NCBI GenBank assembly: GCA_023247445.1
Contig: JAHFGL010000007.1
Location: forward strand, 17,910 to 81,909
Direction of reading: 5' to 3'
DNA length: 64,000 bases
DNA from: Candidatus Omnitrophota bacterium
GTDB taxonomy: Bacteria; Omnitrophota; Gorgyraeia; Zapsychrales; Zapsychraceae
Shown here one piece after another: positions 17,620 to 27,723 of this stretch. Numbering within the stretch: the first letter of the stretch is position 1; the number at the start of each line of letters is the position of its first letter. Under the pieces are notes generated by a model that saw only the letters and a program-made list of their open reading frames with translations, did not search any database and was not told where the DNA came from. Made by a program: the position numbers and the translations under genes.

Positions 17620-18966
17620 TTATTTTTCAACGATCCCTGTGACATCCTGCACAATGCCTTCAATGCCCACAACATCTCCATGGGCATCATAAATATAAGC
17701 CCCACTGGCACACAATGCAATCGGGGCCGTTCGTTTCCCTTTATATGTAAAAATAAAATTATTAAGCTCTCCTTTATTTTTCATCACTTCTAGTAAAGTA
17801 TTTTGCTTGGTATCAGAATCTATGAATTCATGATTAATGTTTAAACCTACAATGTCTGTTTTAGTGCTATAACCCAAAAGGGTGCTTAGGGTATGGTTTG
17901 CGTATATGAGTTTTCCTGTTAAATCGGCGATAAAAACTCCGCCTTTAAGTGTGTCGACTAAACGCCGATATGAAACAGATGATTCATCTTTAAAAAATTT
18001 GGCTTCATTATTTATTTTAGGAGAAACAGCAGGCTTAAAATCAGTGACAGAAGAAACCGAAGCCTTCCTTACCCCCGCAGGGGAACTGGAAAACAATTTG
18101 TCTGTCGTCACACGTTTAACACTCGACCACGCCACATTAAACGATTTTTGCAACGGCTGTGGTGTTTTATGAATATAACTCAGAAATTTCCAGGTGAGAA
18201 AGCACGCCAGTAAAAACAGATAAAGATATATTGTTTGAGTGAAGAATTTTCCACGTGAAGATAAAAATGGCACTTTCTCTTGGCTGTTAGAAGAAGCCCC
18301 AGCTACGGTCGGTGGGAGCACTTGTGTAGGGGGAGCCGCTTTGGCCCCTTGTGTTTTTTGTAAACTATCTATTGGCGCTTCTTGAAACTGCCTTTTATTT
18401 TGTGGCTCTTCTTGGATAACATCATTTACTTTTAAATGACCCTCCTCATCATATTCCTGATATGTACCGCTGGGTCTGTCATCCTTAAAAAACATCTGAA
18501 CCTGTCGCACGCCACTGGGATAAAATATTTCAACCATCCCATTCCGCACATCATTTTTATAATTAATTTTCGTATAAAGAGTCCCGTCTTCAAAGTATTC
18601 CTGGTAAACACCATTAAGTTTTCCATCCGAATAAGTGGCCTCAACTTTCTTCTCTCCAGTGAAAAGATATTCCCGATAAATGCCCTCTTGTTTCCCTTGA
18701 TGAAAATCAACCTCCCGAAATAACTGATTATTTTCATAATATTCTTTATATGGTCCTTCTAATTTTTCATTTTTATAAATCCCCTCACTCTTTACTATCC
18801 CATTTAAGTAGTATTCCTTTCTTAAAAGCATATCGTTCTCGGCATTATGTCCCCATTGCACTTTAAGCTCGCCATTTGGATAGTATTCATCGGAAGGAAC
18901 TTCGGCCTTGCCCTCAAGGCAGAAAAACACTGTCAGCAAAATCAACACTAAAATACTTTTTTTCAT
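17620..18966 (-). CDS. Membrane protein: signal peptide, MORN-variant repeats, TM helix, cytoplasmic PAS domain
   Basis: Repeated YYxNG...G.Y.EYYE units; hydrophobic IYLYLFLLACFLTW; YRRLVDTL..GVFIADLTGKLIYAN...LLGY...GIEGIVQDVT (PAS/PAC). Confidence 0.8.
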   Translation of the reverse strand: MKKSILVLILLTVFFCLEGKAEVPSDEYYPNGELKVQWGHNAENDMLLRKEYYLNGIVKSEGIYKNEKLEGPYKEYYENNQLFREVDFHQGKQEGIYREYLFTGEKKVEATYSDGKLNGVYQEYFEDGTLYTKINYKNDVRNGMVEIFYPSGVRQVQMFFKDDRPSGTYQEYDEEGHLKVNDVIQEEPQNKRQFQEAPIDSLQKTQGAKAAPPTQVLPPTVAGASSNSQEKVPFLSSRGKFFTQTIYLYLFLLACFLTWKFLSYIHKTPQPLQKSFNVAWSSVKRVTTDKLFSSSPAGVRKASVSSVTDFKPAVSPKINNEAKFFKDESSVSYRRLVDTLKGGVFIADLTGKLIYANHTLSTLLGYSTKTDIVGLNINHEFIDSDTKQNTLLEVMKNKGELNNFIFTYKGKRTAPIALCASGAYIYDAHGDVVGIEGIVQDVTGIVEK

Positions 18967-19048
18967 ATAATGTCCTTTGCTTTCGAGGTATAGAACATTC
19001 TTATCTTAAAGCAAAATTACGCATTCGGCTGCGTGTAAAACTTTCCCT

Positions 19049-19663
19049 TTAAAGCGTTGTAACTTTTTGAAGGAAAGATTTCATAATCTGATGATCTTTA
19101 ATCCCTGGAGACTTTTCAACACCGCTTGAGACATCAACGGCATACGGATTGACAACGGTGATCGCCTCTTGGACGTTCTCTGGCGTTAATCCGCCGGAAA
19201 GAATAATAGGTTTTTCAAATTTCCTGCCTTGTAATAGATTCCAATTAAAGGCCTTGCCCGTTCCGCCAAAGTTTTTTTCTTGATACGTATCAAACAAAAA
19301 CGCATCGACCTTATACTTTAATACGGAATCGACGTTAAATAAATCATCCACGCGAAAGGCTTTGATGATTTTATATTCTTTAAGACGTTTAAAATAACTG
19401 GGCTCTTCGTCGCCGTGAAACTGAGCTGTCGTAATATGCGTAAAGCGGCAAATATCTTTTACTGCTCGTTCGTTTTGATTAACGAACACTCCAACCGGTG
19501 TGACAAACGGCGGCAAGGCCTCAATAATCTTTCGCGCCTGACTTGGCGAGACATATCGCGGGCTCTTTTTATAAAAAACAAACCCAATCGCCCATGCGCC
19601 GGCATAAACAGCCTTCATCGCATCATCTTGATTCGTTATCCCGCAAATCTTAGCTTTTACCAT
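19049..19663 (-). CDS. trpF: Phosphoribosylanthranilate isomerase
   Basis: KICGIT, SPRYV, QFHGDE, GGTG, LSGGLTPEN, DVSSGVE. Confidence 0.97.
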   Translation of the reverse strand: MVKAKICGITNQDDAMKAVYAGAWAIGFVFYKKSPRYVSPSQARKIIEALPPFVTPVGVFVNQNERAVKDICRFTHITTAQFHGDEEPSYFKRLKEYKIIKAFRVDDLFNVDSVLKYKVDAFLFDTYQEKNFGGTGKAFNWNLLQGRKFEKPIILSGGLTPENVQEAITVVNPYAVDVSSGVEKSPGIKDHQIMKSFLQKVTTL

Positions 19664-20441
19664 ACATCACTTCCTTTATTTTATTGGCAATATTGTTTTC
19701 CCGCATAAATGTTTCGCCGATCAAAACCGCATGGGCCCCCATCGCTTGAAATTTGGCAACATCTTTGTGAGATTGGATTCCGCTTTCAACAACAATCACT
19801 TTATCTTTAGGGATTTGAGCAATCAATTGTTCTGACGTTTTTAGATCAACGTTAAATGTCACCAAATCTCGATTATTAATCCCGATAATTTCCGCGCCAA
19901 TATCCAAGGCCCGTTTTAATTCATCTTTGGTATGAACTTCCACCAGACAATCCAAATCAAGATTTGTAGCAACCCTCATCAGCCTTTTTAACTCTTCATC
20001 TTTTAAAATAGCCACAATTAAAAGAATCGCGCTGGCGCCATTAAATCGAGCTTCGTAAATTTGTCCCTCATCAATAAAAAAATCCTTGGCCAAAACCGGG
20101 ACCGCAAAATTATCACTAACCTTCTTAACATAAATCGGTTTTCCTAAGAAATGTTTTTCTTCCGTTAAAACCGAAATCGCCGCCGCATGATTCTCAACAT
20201 AAATCTTGGCAATCTCCAAGATGTCAAACTCTTCGCGTAGCATTCCCTTAGAAGGTGATGCCTTTTTGATTTCAGCGATTAAATTAATTTGTCCTGGCTT
20301 GGTAATTTGTCGTTTAAACAGATGATAGGACGTGTATTTATCTTTCGAAAGTTTCTCTTTAATTGAGGATAGATAATGATGTCGTTCGTGAAGAAGTTTT
20401 TTCTTTTCTTCGATGATGGCGTGGAGAAAGTCGGCTTTCAT
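19650..20441 (-). CDS. trpC: Indole-3-glycerol phosphate synthase
   Basis: IAEIKKASPSKG, SVLTE, KDF, GINNRDL, ESGI. Confidence 0.97.
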   Translation of the reverse strand: MKADFLHAIIEEKKKLLHERHHYLSSIKEKLSKDKYTSYHLFKRQITKPGQINLIAEIKKASPSKGMLREEFDILEIAKIYVENHAAAISVLTEEKHFLGKPIYVKKVSDNFAVPVLAKDFFIDEGQIYEARFNGASAILLIVAILKDEELKRLMRVATNLDLDCLVEVHTKDELKRALDIGAEIIGINNRDLVTFNVDLKTSEQLIAQIPKDKVIVVESGIQSHKDVAKFQAMGAHAVLIGETFMRENNIANKIKEVMYGKS

Positions 20442-21460
20442 TGGACTCTTCTCGTAAAGGCTTTAAGCTCATCTAACTTCTTTAAGGCTTTTCCTGAATC
20501 AATAGAGTGCTCGGCTAATTTAATCCCTTCAGCAATTTTCTTAACTTTACCATCGATATATAGCGCATACGCAGCATTTAAAACAACGATGTCGCGTTTG
20601 GGACCCTTATCCCCGCTTAAGATATCGATAAAAATTTGTAAATTGGCTGGCAGATCTCCGCCTTCTAAATCTTTGGGCTGGGCTAAAGAAAAACCCAATT
20701 CTTCCGGGCCGATATCATACGAAATAATTTCGCGACCATTATATTCACAAATAAAAGTTTGACCAGTTGTGGTTATCTCATCTAAACCATCACTACCATG
20801 AACGACGACCGCACGTTTAAGTCCTAAATTTTTAAGGACATGGGCTAAAGGTTCAATCAAGTCGCGATTATAAACGCCCATGACTTGATGGGTCGCTTTA
20901 GCAGGATTGGTTAATGGGCCTAAAATATTAAAAATTGTATCGACGCCCAACTCTTTACGAACCGCGGCGACATTCTTCATCGCTGGGTGAAGCTTCTGCG
21001 CAAATAAAAAAGCGATGCCCACTTGATCCAGACATTCACTTAAATGTTCTTCTTCAACATTAAGATTAACACCTAAGGCTTCTAAAAGATCAGCGCTGCC
21101 GCATTTGCTAGAGATAGATCGATTGCCATGTTTGGCGACAATAACACCCGCGCCCGCGACAACAAAAGCCGAGATGGTCGAGATGTTAAACGTGTGCTTT
21201 CTATCGCCGCCCGTGCCGCAGGTGTCCAAAACATTTTTGTGTTTGGTCTTAATCCCAACGACAAACTTACGCATGATCTTCGCCGCTCCGGTGATCTCAT
21301 CAACCGTTGCCCCCTTGGCACGTAGCGCTAAAAGGATGGTGGCGATCTGCTCGTTGGCCAATTCACCCGACATGATTTGACGCATCACATCCTGAATTTC
21401 TTCTTGCGAAAGATTTTCGCGTTGCTGCAATTTGTGGATGTAGGAACTGAGGTTCGTCAT
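20438..21460 (-). CDS. trpD: Anthranilate phosphoribosyltransferase
   Basis: DTCGTGGD, FNIST, KHGNRS, GSADLLE, GLDE; start likely MTNLSS. Confidence 0.97.
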   Translation of the reverse strand: MTNLSSYIHKLQQRENLSQEEIQDVMRQIMSGELANEQIATILLALRAKGATVDEITGAAKIMRKFVVGIKTKHKNVLDTCGTGGDRKHTFNISTISAFVVAGAGVIVAKHGNRSISSKCGSADLLEALGVNLNVEEEHLSECLDQVGIAFLFAQKLHPAMKNVAAVRKELGVDTIFNILGPLTNPAKATHQVMGVYNRDLIEPLAHVLKNLGLKRAVVVHGSDGLDEITTTGQTFICEYNGREIISYDIGPEELGFSLAQPKDLEGGDLPANLQIFIDILSGDKGPKRDIVVLNAAYALYIDGKVKKIAEGIKLAEHSIDSGKALKKLDELKAFTRRVQ

Positions 21461-21484
21461 AACGATAAAAACCTTAATCAAAAA

Positions 21485-22051
21485 TCATTTTAAGGAAAGA
21501 AAATTCTTAAGCAGGTTCTTTCCTGCTTTCGTCAAAATAGATTCGGGATGAAACTGGACACCCCATAAGGCAAGTTCTTTATGGCGCACACCCATAATTT
21601 CATCATCTTCACTCTTAGCGGTGACTTCTAAACAATTCGGTAACGTCTTTGGATCAATGACGAGGGAATGATATCGTGTGGCTTCAAAAGGATTTTCAAG
21701 ATTTTTAAATAAATCAGTGTTGTGGTGTTTGATCATCGAAGTCTTGCCATGCATCAGCTTTTTGGCAGAAATTATTTTTCCACCATACGCATAACCAATC
21801 GCTTGATGCCCCAAACAAACGCCAAGGATAGGAATCTTTCCTGCAAATTCTTTGATGAGCGCGACGGAAATTCCCGCATCTTCAGGACGTCCTGGTCCGG
21901 GAGAAATCACAATCCGCTCTGGATTCATTTTTTTTATTTGATCAATCGTAAGCGCATCATTTCGATAAACGTCCAGCTCCGCCCCTAGTTCACCAAAATA
22001 CTGAACTAAGTTGTACGTAAACGAATCGTAATTGTCGATCATGAGGATCAT
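21485..22051 (-). CDS. trpG: Anthranilate synthase component II / PabA-type glutamine amidotransferase
   Basis: [34 protein letters not shown]. Confidence 0.93.
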   Translation of the reverse strand: MILMIDNYDSFTYNLVQYFGELGAELDVYRNDALTIDQIKKMNPERIVISPGPGRPEDAGISVALIKEFAGKIPILGVCLGHQAIGYAYGGKIISAKKLMHGKTSMIKHHNTDLFKNLENPFEATRYHSLVIDPKTLPNCLEVTAKSEDDEIMGVRHKELALWGVQFHPESILTKAGKNLLKNFLSLK

Positions 22052-22079
22052 AATAATTTATTTTAGCTTTAATCTATTC

Positions 22080-22709
22080 TTATGGAACTATTGCCAAAAT
22101 TTCCTTCTGTTGCTTCAAAATTGCTCTTTTAAAAACCCTGGATAAGGCTTTATTTTCATCTAAATACCATTGTTGGAATAATACCAAAGGTGTCATAAAA
22201 GGCCATCCCCCAGTTACTCTCATTAATTTAACTTTCAAAGGAATCAAAACACTTTTCTTTTCAGTCCCTGAAGCCAAATTAAATTCTAAATTATACTCAT
22301 AGGATCTCGCACGACTATGCAAGATACCAAAACTCCCATAGCCAGGAGTCCTGTCAACCATTTGAGAAAATACCTGGGCTACTTCTACTAGGATATCTTC
22401 GAATTTATCTCTAGGATAAGTTAAAATTAAGTCTGGATCTTTTTTAAAATTTTCTAAAAAATCTACTTTAGCAAATAAATGTGTCTTCTGTAAAATATCA
22501 ATCAACTCTTCAGATGAACCAGAATCACTTCTATCCACACCTACAGATAAATCTTGCAATCGTACTCTTCCTGCACTGGAAATATTTTCATTTACTTTCG
22601 GTATTTCTATAAAGGAGGCCTTATAATAGTCCTTAACTAGGTAAGAACAACCTGAAAAAATTAAAAAACAAAATAAAACTGGTAGCTTAATAACATTTTT
22701 AAAAAGCAT
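22080..22709 (-). CDS. Hypothetical lipoprotein
   Basis: Start reset to MLFKNVIKLPVLFCFLIFSGC (lipobox FSGC), just after the murA stop. Confidence 0.65.
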   Translation of the reverse strand: MLFKNVIKLPVLFCFLIFSGCSYLVKDYYKASFIEIPKVNENISSAGRVRLQDLSVGVDRSDSGSSEELIDILQKTHLFAKVDFLENFKKDPDLILTYPRDKFEDILVEVAQVFSQMVDRTPGYGSFGILHSRARSYEYNLEFNLASGTEKKSVLIPLKVKLMRVTGGWPFMTPLVLFQQWYLDENKALSRVFKRAILKQQKEILAIVP

Positions 22710-22719
22710 ATAAATAGAT

Positions 22720-23982
22720 TTACTCTTTTTCTCTACGAATCTTTGCTCCAAGCATTGAGAGTTTTTGGTCCAAATTTTCATAACCACGTTCCAAATGATA
22801 AATACGATGAATCTCCGTCTTACCTTTGGCCGCAAGCCCCGCAATAACTAGCGCTGCTGAGGCGCGTAAATCTGAGGCCATAACTGGCGCCCCTTTTAAA
22901 ACGGGAATCCCTTGAACAATCGAGCACATTCCTTCTCGACGGATATTAGCTCCCATACGATTAAGTTCAGCAATGTGAATAAAACGATCTGGATAAACTT
23001 TATCGGTAATAATACTCACGCCAGGCGTGACCGCCATGAGCGCCATAAATTGCGCTTGAAGATCCGTTGGAAATCCTGGGTAAGGATAAGTATTCACACT
23101 AACCGGCTGCAGTCCGCCCTTAACCTTAACTTTCACGTTATTACCATCGCTAATGACATTAACACCCGCTTGTTCCAAAACATCGGTTAACGCCATCAAA
23201 TGCTGATAACAACCATTGACGATTGTAATATTACTTCTAGTCATCGCCGCAAGCAAAATGTACGTTCCAGCTTCGATGCGATCATGAATAATTTCATAGC
23301 TAACCCCGTGCAATGATTTGACACCGGTAATGCGGATGCGAGGCGTACCTTTGCCTTCGATCTTGGCCCCCATCGCAATCAAACAGTTCGTTAAATCTTC
23401 AATCTCTGGTTCACACGCAGCCGATTCAATGATCGTTTCACCCTCGGCCAAGACAGCGGCCATCATGACATTCGCCGTCGCCAGAACCGATGATCCAAAA
23501 ACGCCGCCTAAATAAATATGCGCGCCTTTTAAACCTTTGGTCGTCGCCAAAACATATCCGCCATCGACTTCCAATTTCGCGCCTAGCGCCTTAATCCCTT
23601 TTAAGTGAAGATCAACCGGACGAACACCAATGACACATCCGCCGGGCAAGGAAACTTTTGCTTTCTTTAATTTTCCAAGAAGCGGTCCTAAAACGCAAAA
23701 TGATCCGCGCATCGTTGATACTAATTTATAGTCGGCAATATAATTAATTTCGCCTTTGGTTAAAATCGTGACTTTGTCATCAATCACATCAACCGTTTTA
23801 CCAAGCGAGCGAAGAAGCTTTAGCATCGTTGATGTGTCGCGTAATTTCGGAACGTTACGAATCACGCATGGCTCATCGGTTAAAAGCATCGCCGCTAAGA
23901 TTGGCAGCGCCGCATTTTTTGAGCCACTGACTTTTACTTCACCTTTTAAAGGAAATCCGCCTTCGATCACTAACTTTTCCAT
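22720..23982 (-). CDS. murA: UDP-N-acetylglucosamine 1-carboxyvinyltransferase
   Basis: GSKNAALP, LPGGCVIGVRPVDLH, YPGFPTDLQ, DLRASA, RGYE. Confidence 0.98.
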   Translation of the reverse strand: MEKLVIEGGFPLKGEVKVSGSKNAALPILAAMLLTDEPCVIRNVPKLRDTSTMLKLLRSLGKTVDVIDDKVTILTKGEINYIADYKLVSTMRGSFCVLGPLLGKLKKAKVSLPGGCVIGVRPVDLHLKGIKALGAKLEVDGGYVLATTKGLKGAHIYLGGVFGSSVLATANVMMAAVLAEGETIIESAACEPEIEDLTNCLIAMGAKIEGKGTPRIRITGVKSLHGVSYEIIHDRIEAGTYILLAAMTRSNITIVNGCYQHLMALTDVLEQAGVNVISDGNNVKVKVKGGLQPVSVNTYPYPGFPTDLQAQFMALMAVTPGVSIITDKVYPDRFIHIAELNRMGANIRREGMCSIVQGIPVLKGAPVMASDLRASAALVIAGLAAKGKTEIHRIYHLERGYENLDQKLSMLGAKIRREKE

Positions 23983-23995
23983 GAAACTCCTTTTT

Positions 23996-24062
23996 TGCCA
24001 TCCCCGCGAAAACGGGGATCAAGAAATAATAATCTTAGATTCCCACTTTCGTGGGAATGACA
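23996..24062. repeat. REP/dRS3-like inverted doublet (copy 2), overlapping the prmC 3' end
   Basis: TGCCATCCCCGCGAAAACGGGGATC, spacer, GATTCCCACTTTCGTGGGAATGACA. Confidence 0.8.
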
Positions 24063-24853
24063 GACTTATTAGCCCAAACAATTCGATTGATATCTCGATA
24101 ATCTTTCACGAACGTAATATTTTCATAATTATTACTGGCCGTCAACAATTCCATTAGATTTTTATCCTGACCATCACCTATCTCCATAAAAATAAATCCT
24201 CCACCCTGCAAATGCCGATGAGCATGCATAGCAATGGCGCGATAAAAATCTAAACCATCGATTCCTCCATCGAGCGCGAGCGATGGTTCCTGCTGAACAT
24301 CTTTGGGCAACGTCGACAATTGATTAGTTGGAATATACGGTGGATTGGAAATGATGACATCAAATTTTTCTGGATTCGCCTCTTGCAAATAATCACGCAT
24401 ATCTCGATTAACAAACTTAATTTTATCTAAAGCGTTATGTTCTTTTGCATTTTTCTTGGCCAAATCTAAAGCGTCGATTGAAATATCAACGGTTTGGACA
24501 AAACAGTTTGGGATATTTTTCGCGATCGAAATGGCGATGTTTCCAGAACCGGTACCTAAATCTAAAACCTTAACAGGTCGATTCAAAGATAACGTTTTAA
24601 TTTTTTGAATAACTAAATCGGTGAGAATTTCTGTCTCTGGACGGGGAATAAGGACGCGGCTATCAACGAACAATTTCAATCCCATAAACTCACAATGACC
24701 AATAACATATTGCAAAGGTTCCCCCGCCGCGTACGCACGCTTCATCTCATCAAATCTCATTTGTTGATCTGGCGTCAGTGGCTTTGGGTTGACCAAAAGA
24801 TCAATCCGCTCACAATCTAGAATCGAAGTTAGCATGCTTTCAGTTTCATTCAC
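24035..24853 (-). CDS. prmC: Release factor glutamine methyltransferase
   Basis: GEPLQY, VLIPRPETE, LDLGTGSG, SNPPY, ALDGG; GTG start overlapping the prfA stop. Confidence 0.95.
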   Translation of the reverse strand: MNETESMLTSILDCERIDLLVNPKPLTPDQQMRFDEMKRAYAAGEPLQYVIGHCEFMGLKLFVDSRVLIPRPETEILTDLVIQKIKTLSLNRPVKVLDLGTGSGNIAISIAKNIPNCFVQTVDISIDALDLAKKNAKEHNALDKIKFVNRDMRDYLQEANPEKFDVIISNPPYIPTNQLSTLPKDVQQEPSLALDGGIDGLDFYRAIAMHAHRHLQGGGFIFMEIGDGQDKNLMELLTASNNYENITFVKDYRDINRIVWANKSVIPTKVGI

Positions 24854-25916
24854 TTTTAAAAGCCTCCGCTTCCTCTGCTTTAATAAGCGCATCAGTTAAC
24901 TCATCCATATCACCATCTAAAACCGAGGGAAGTTGATGTGTGGTAAAACCAATACGATGGTCGGTCACGCGCCGGTCAGGAAAATTATAGGTTCGAATTT
25001 TTTCGCTGCGATCGCCGGTTCCAATTTTTGCTTTACGATCCTTAGAGGTCTTCTCAAAATTTTCTTGTTGGATTTTGTCCATGATACGCGCGCGCAAAAC
25101 CCGCATTGCCTTCATTTTATTTTTTAACTGAGATCGTTCATCTTGACAAGCCACGATGACTCCCGTTGGCATATGCGTGATACGAACAGCTGAGTCCGTC
25201 GTATTAACACTCTGGCCGCCGGGACCGGAGGACCGATAGACATCGATCTTTAAATCAGCTGGATTAATATTTACTTCCACTTCTTCGGGCTCAACTAAAA
25301 CGGCGACTGTCGCCGCCGAGGTATGAATGCGTCCTGATTGTTCTGTGGCCGGTACACGTTGCACGCGATGCGCGCCACTTTCCCACTTCAGTCTTTTTTC
25401 GACCCCATCCCCGCTAATACTAAAAACAACTTCTTTAAATCCGCCGGTGTCTGAAACCGAGACGCTCATCAGCTCCACCTTCCATCCCATTTTATCAGCG
25501 TAGCGCGTATACATCCGATAAAGATCCCCGGCAAAAAGACCCGCTTCTTCTCCACCTGTTCCAGCGCGGATTTCCATAATAAGCGCGCGATTTTTTTCTT
25601 TTTCTTTGGGATTAGCTAAATCATCGAGCTTTTGATAAAAATCTTTTTCTTTTATCTTTAGATCTTCAACTTCAAATTTCATCATCTTTTCAAATTCAGA
25701 ATCATGCTTTTCCTGAAGAAGGACTTTAAGATCTTCAATTTGCTTTTTGATATTATTGTATTCACGGTAGGTTTGAAGTAGCGGCGTTAGGTCAGAATAT
25801 TCCTTGGCGAGCTTCTGATACTGTCCTTGGTTGGACATAGTCTCTGAATCCGCCAAGAGTTTTTCCAGCTCCAAAAAGCGAGCTTCCTGCTTTTCTAATT
25901 TTTCAAAGTTAATCAT
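24846..25916 (-). CDS. prfA: Peptide chain release factor 1
   Basis: GGQ motif, PxT (VQRVPAT), RSEKIRTYN; start reset to MINFEKL. Confidence 0.97.
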   Translation of the reverse strand: MINFEKLEKQEARFLELEKLLADSETMSNQGQYQKLAKEYSDLTPLLQTYREYNNIKKQIEDLKVLLQEKHDSEFEKMMKFEVEDLKIKEKDFYQKLDDLANPKEKEKNRALIMEIRAGTGGEEAGLFAGDLYRMYTRYADKMGWKVELMSVSVSDTGGFKEVVFSISGDGVEKRLKWESGAHRVQRVPATEQSGRIHTSAATVAVLVEPEEVEVNINPADLKIDVYRSSGPGGQSVNTTDSAVRITHMPTGVIVACQDERSQLKNKMKAMRVLRARIMDKIQQENFEKTSKDRKAKIGTGDRSEKIRTYNFPDRRVTDHRIGFTTHQLPSVLDGDMDELTDALIKAEEAEAFKSE

Positions 25917-25940
25917 TAAATAGGGAAAGGATATTATTGG

Positions 25941-26000
25941 TTGACGGACGTTAAAATGATTACGCAATTGACTCGCGTAATCATTTTAAGAATCTGTCAA
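25941..26000. other. Long stem-loop between rpmE and prfA
   Basis: 15-bp perfect inverted repeat TTAAAATGATTACGC/GCGTAATCATTTTAA, extendable by TTGAC/GTCAA. Confidence 0.7.
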
Positions 26001-26007
26001 ACAAAAA

Positions 26008-26211
26008 CTACTTAGATGGTTTATAACGTCGAGAGAAACGTTCGATACGTCCGGCTGTGTCTACAAATCGTTTGTCACCAGTAAAAAATGGATGACATTT
26101 TGAGCAGATTTCTACACGAATATTCTTTCTTGTTGATCGTGTATGAATCACCTCTCCACACGCGCAGGTAATCGTTGTTTCTTCATAGTTGGGGTGAAAA
26201 TTGGCTTTCAT
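26008..26211 (-). CDS. rpmE: 50S ribosomal protein L31 (zinc-binding type)
   Basis: [27 protein letters not shown]. Confidence 0.97.
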   Translation of the reverse strand: MKANFHPNYEETTITCACGEVIHTRSTRKNIRVEICSKCHPFFTGDKRFVDTAGRIERFSRRYKPSK

Positions 26212-26290
26212 TGCCTTACTCCTTTAGCTACTTATTTACTTTGATACTAATCATTAATTTAAGAGGTTAACCCTCCTTGACGATTCACCT

Positions 26291-26318
26291 ATTTTATTCA
26301 AAATCCCTTCGAGGTCAA
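26291..26318 (-). promoter_or_regulatory. sigma70-type promoter of rpmE-prfA-prmC
   Basis: TTGACC, 16-nt spacer, TAAAAT. Confidence 0.55.
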
Positions 26319-26358
26319 GTGTAACTTTCGAATGCCCCAAAAGGGTCAAAATGCCTAA

Positions 26359-27723
26359 CTATTTGTTAAGATTCTCAAGGAATTCTTTATTGGTTTTATA
26401 TTTACCAATACGATCAATTAAGAGCTCCATCGCCTCAGCTGAATTAAGGTCATGGATGGCTTTACGTAACAGCCAAATCCTTTGCAGATCATCTTGCTTG
26501 ACCAATAATTCTTCGTGTCGCGTGTTGGAACGCTTAATATCGATCGCAGGATAGATACGGCGTTGGAAAAGATTTCGATCGAGCTGGAGTTCCATGTTAC
26601 CGGTTCCTTTAAACTCCTCGAAAATAACTTCGTCCATACGACTTCCCGTATCAACGAGCGCGGTGGCGATGATGGTTAAACTTCCACCCTCTTCAACCGC
26701 TCGAGCGGCCCCAAAAAATCGTTTGGGTTTATGAAGCGCGTTGGAATCCACACCACCGGAGAGAATCTTCCCGCTGTGCGGAACAACCGTGTTATATGCA
26801 CGTGCTAAACGCGTAATACTATCAAGCAAAATAACAACATCGCGATTATGCTCAACTAATCGTTTCGCCTTTTCCAAAACAATTTCGGCGATCTGAACGT
26901 GGCGCTCCGCCGGTTCATCAAAGGTTGAGGCAATGACCTCACCCTTAATGCCGCGTTGCATATCCGTAACTTCTTCCGGACGTTCATCAATTAGAAGCAC
27001 AAGCAAAATAACATCAGGATTATTTTGCACGATGGAATTTGATATTTTTTGCAAAAGCACCGTCTTACCACTGTAAGGAGGCGCGACAATTAAGGCACGT
27101 TGACCTTTACCCAGCGGCGTAAAAAGATCCATGACTCGCGTTGAGATCTCATCGCCTTTTGTTTCCAAAATCAAACGATCTTTTGGATAAAGCGGCGTAA
27201 GATTATCAAAGAAGATTTTATCTTTTGATTTTTCCGGATTTTCATAATTGACGGCTTCGACCTTAAGAAGGGCAAAATATTTTTCGCCTTCCTTTGGAGG
27301 TCGAATGTGACCGCTGACCGTGTCTCCTGTCTTTAGATCAAAACGTCTAATCTGCGACGGAGAAACGTAAATGTCATCCGGACAAGGTAGATAATTGTAG
27401 TTGGCGCTACGTAAAAATCCGAAACCTTCAGAAAGAATTTCCAAGGTTCCCTCGCCAAACATTAATCCCGCCTTCTCGGCCTGACCTTGCAGGATTTTAA
27501 AAATCAAATCCTGTTTTTTAATACCACTAACGCCATTGATATCCATGTCTTTGGCTAATTTATTTAGCTCCGACATTTTCATATCCTTGAGTTTCGTGAT
27601 ATTAATCTGGTTTGCTGGATCAGGCATAACATCTTTTTTATGCCCGTTCTTTTCTTTTACTTCGACAGAATTTTCTTCGTCTTCTTCGTTTAAATTTTTC
27701 TCTTTATTAATAGTTTTTGCCAT
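26359..27723 (-). CDS. rho: Transcription termination factor Rho
   Basis: [47 protein letters not shown]. Confidence 0.98.
   Translation of the reverse strand: MAKTINKEKNLNEEDEENSVEVKEKNGHKKDVMPDPANQINITKLKDMKMSELNKLAKDMDINGVSGIKKQDLIFKILQGQAEKAGLMFGEGTLEILSEGFGFLRSANYNYLPCPDDIYVSPSQIRRFDLKTGDTVSGHIRPPKEGEKYFALLKVEAVNYENPEKSKDKIFFDNLTPLYPKDRLILETKGDEISTRVMDLFTPLGKGQRALIVAPPYSGKTVLLQKISNSIVQNNPDVILLVLLIDERPEEVTDMQRGIKGEVIASTFDEPAERHVQIAEIVLEKAKRLVEHNRDVVILLDSITRLARAYNTVVPHSGKILSGGVDSNALHKPKRFFGAARAVEEGGSLTIIATALVDTGSRMDEVIFEEFKGTGNMELQLDRNLFQRRIYPAIDIKRSNTRHEELLVKQDDLQRIWLLRKAIHDLNSAEAMELLIDRIGKYKTNKEFLENLNK

Noticed and set aside
17620-18966. Toxin-antitoxin call from YwqK-like repeats
   Set aside because: No adjacent toxin gene; MORN-variant repeats are generic and here are part of a membrane PAS protein
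22052-22079. trp attenuator or leader peptide upstream of trpG
   Set aside because: The gap is only 28 nt, with no Trp-codon leader or terminator
24846-25916. Programmed frameshift in the release factor gene
   Set aside because: The gene is RF1 (PxT motif) with a continuous ORF; the frameshift is a prfB feature
26212-26290. Possible L31 autoregulatory leader (GAGG-GUUAA-CCUC hairpin)
   Set aside because: Only a 4-5 bp stem; cannot be supported without covariation data
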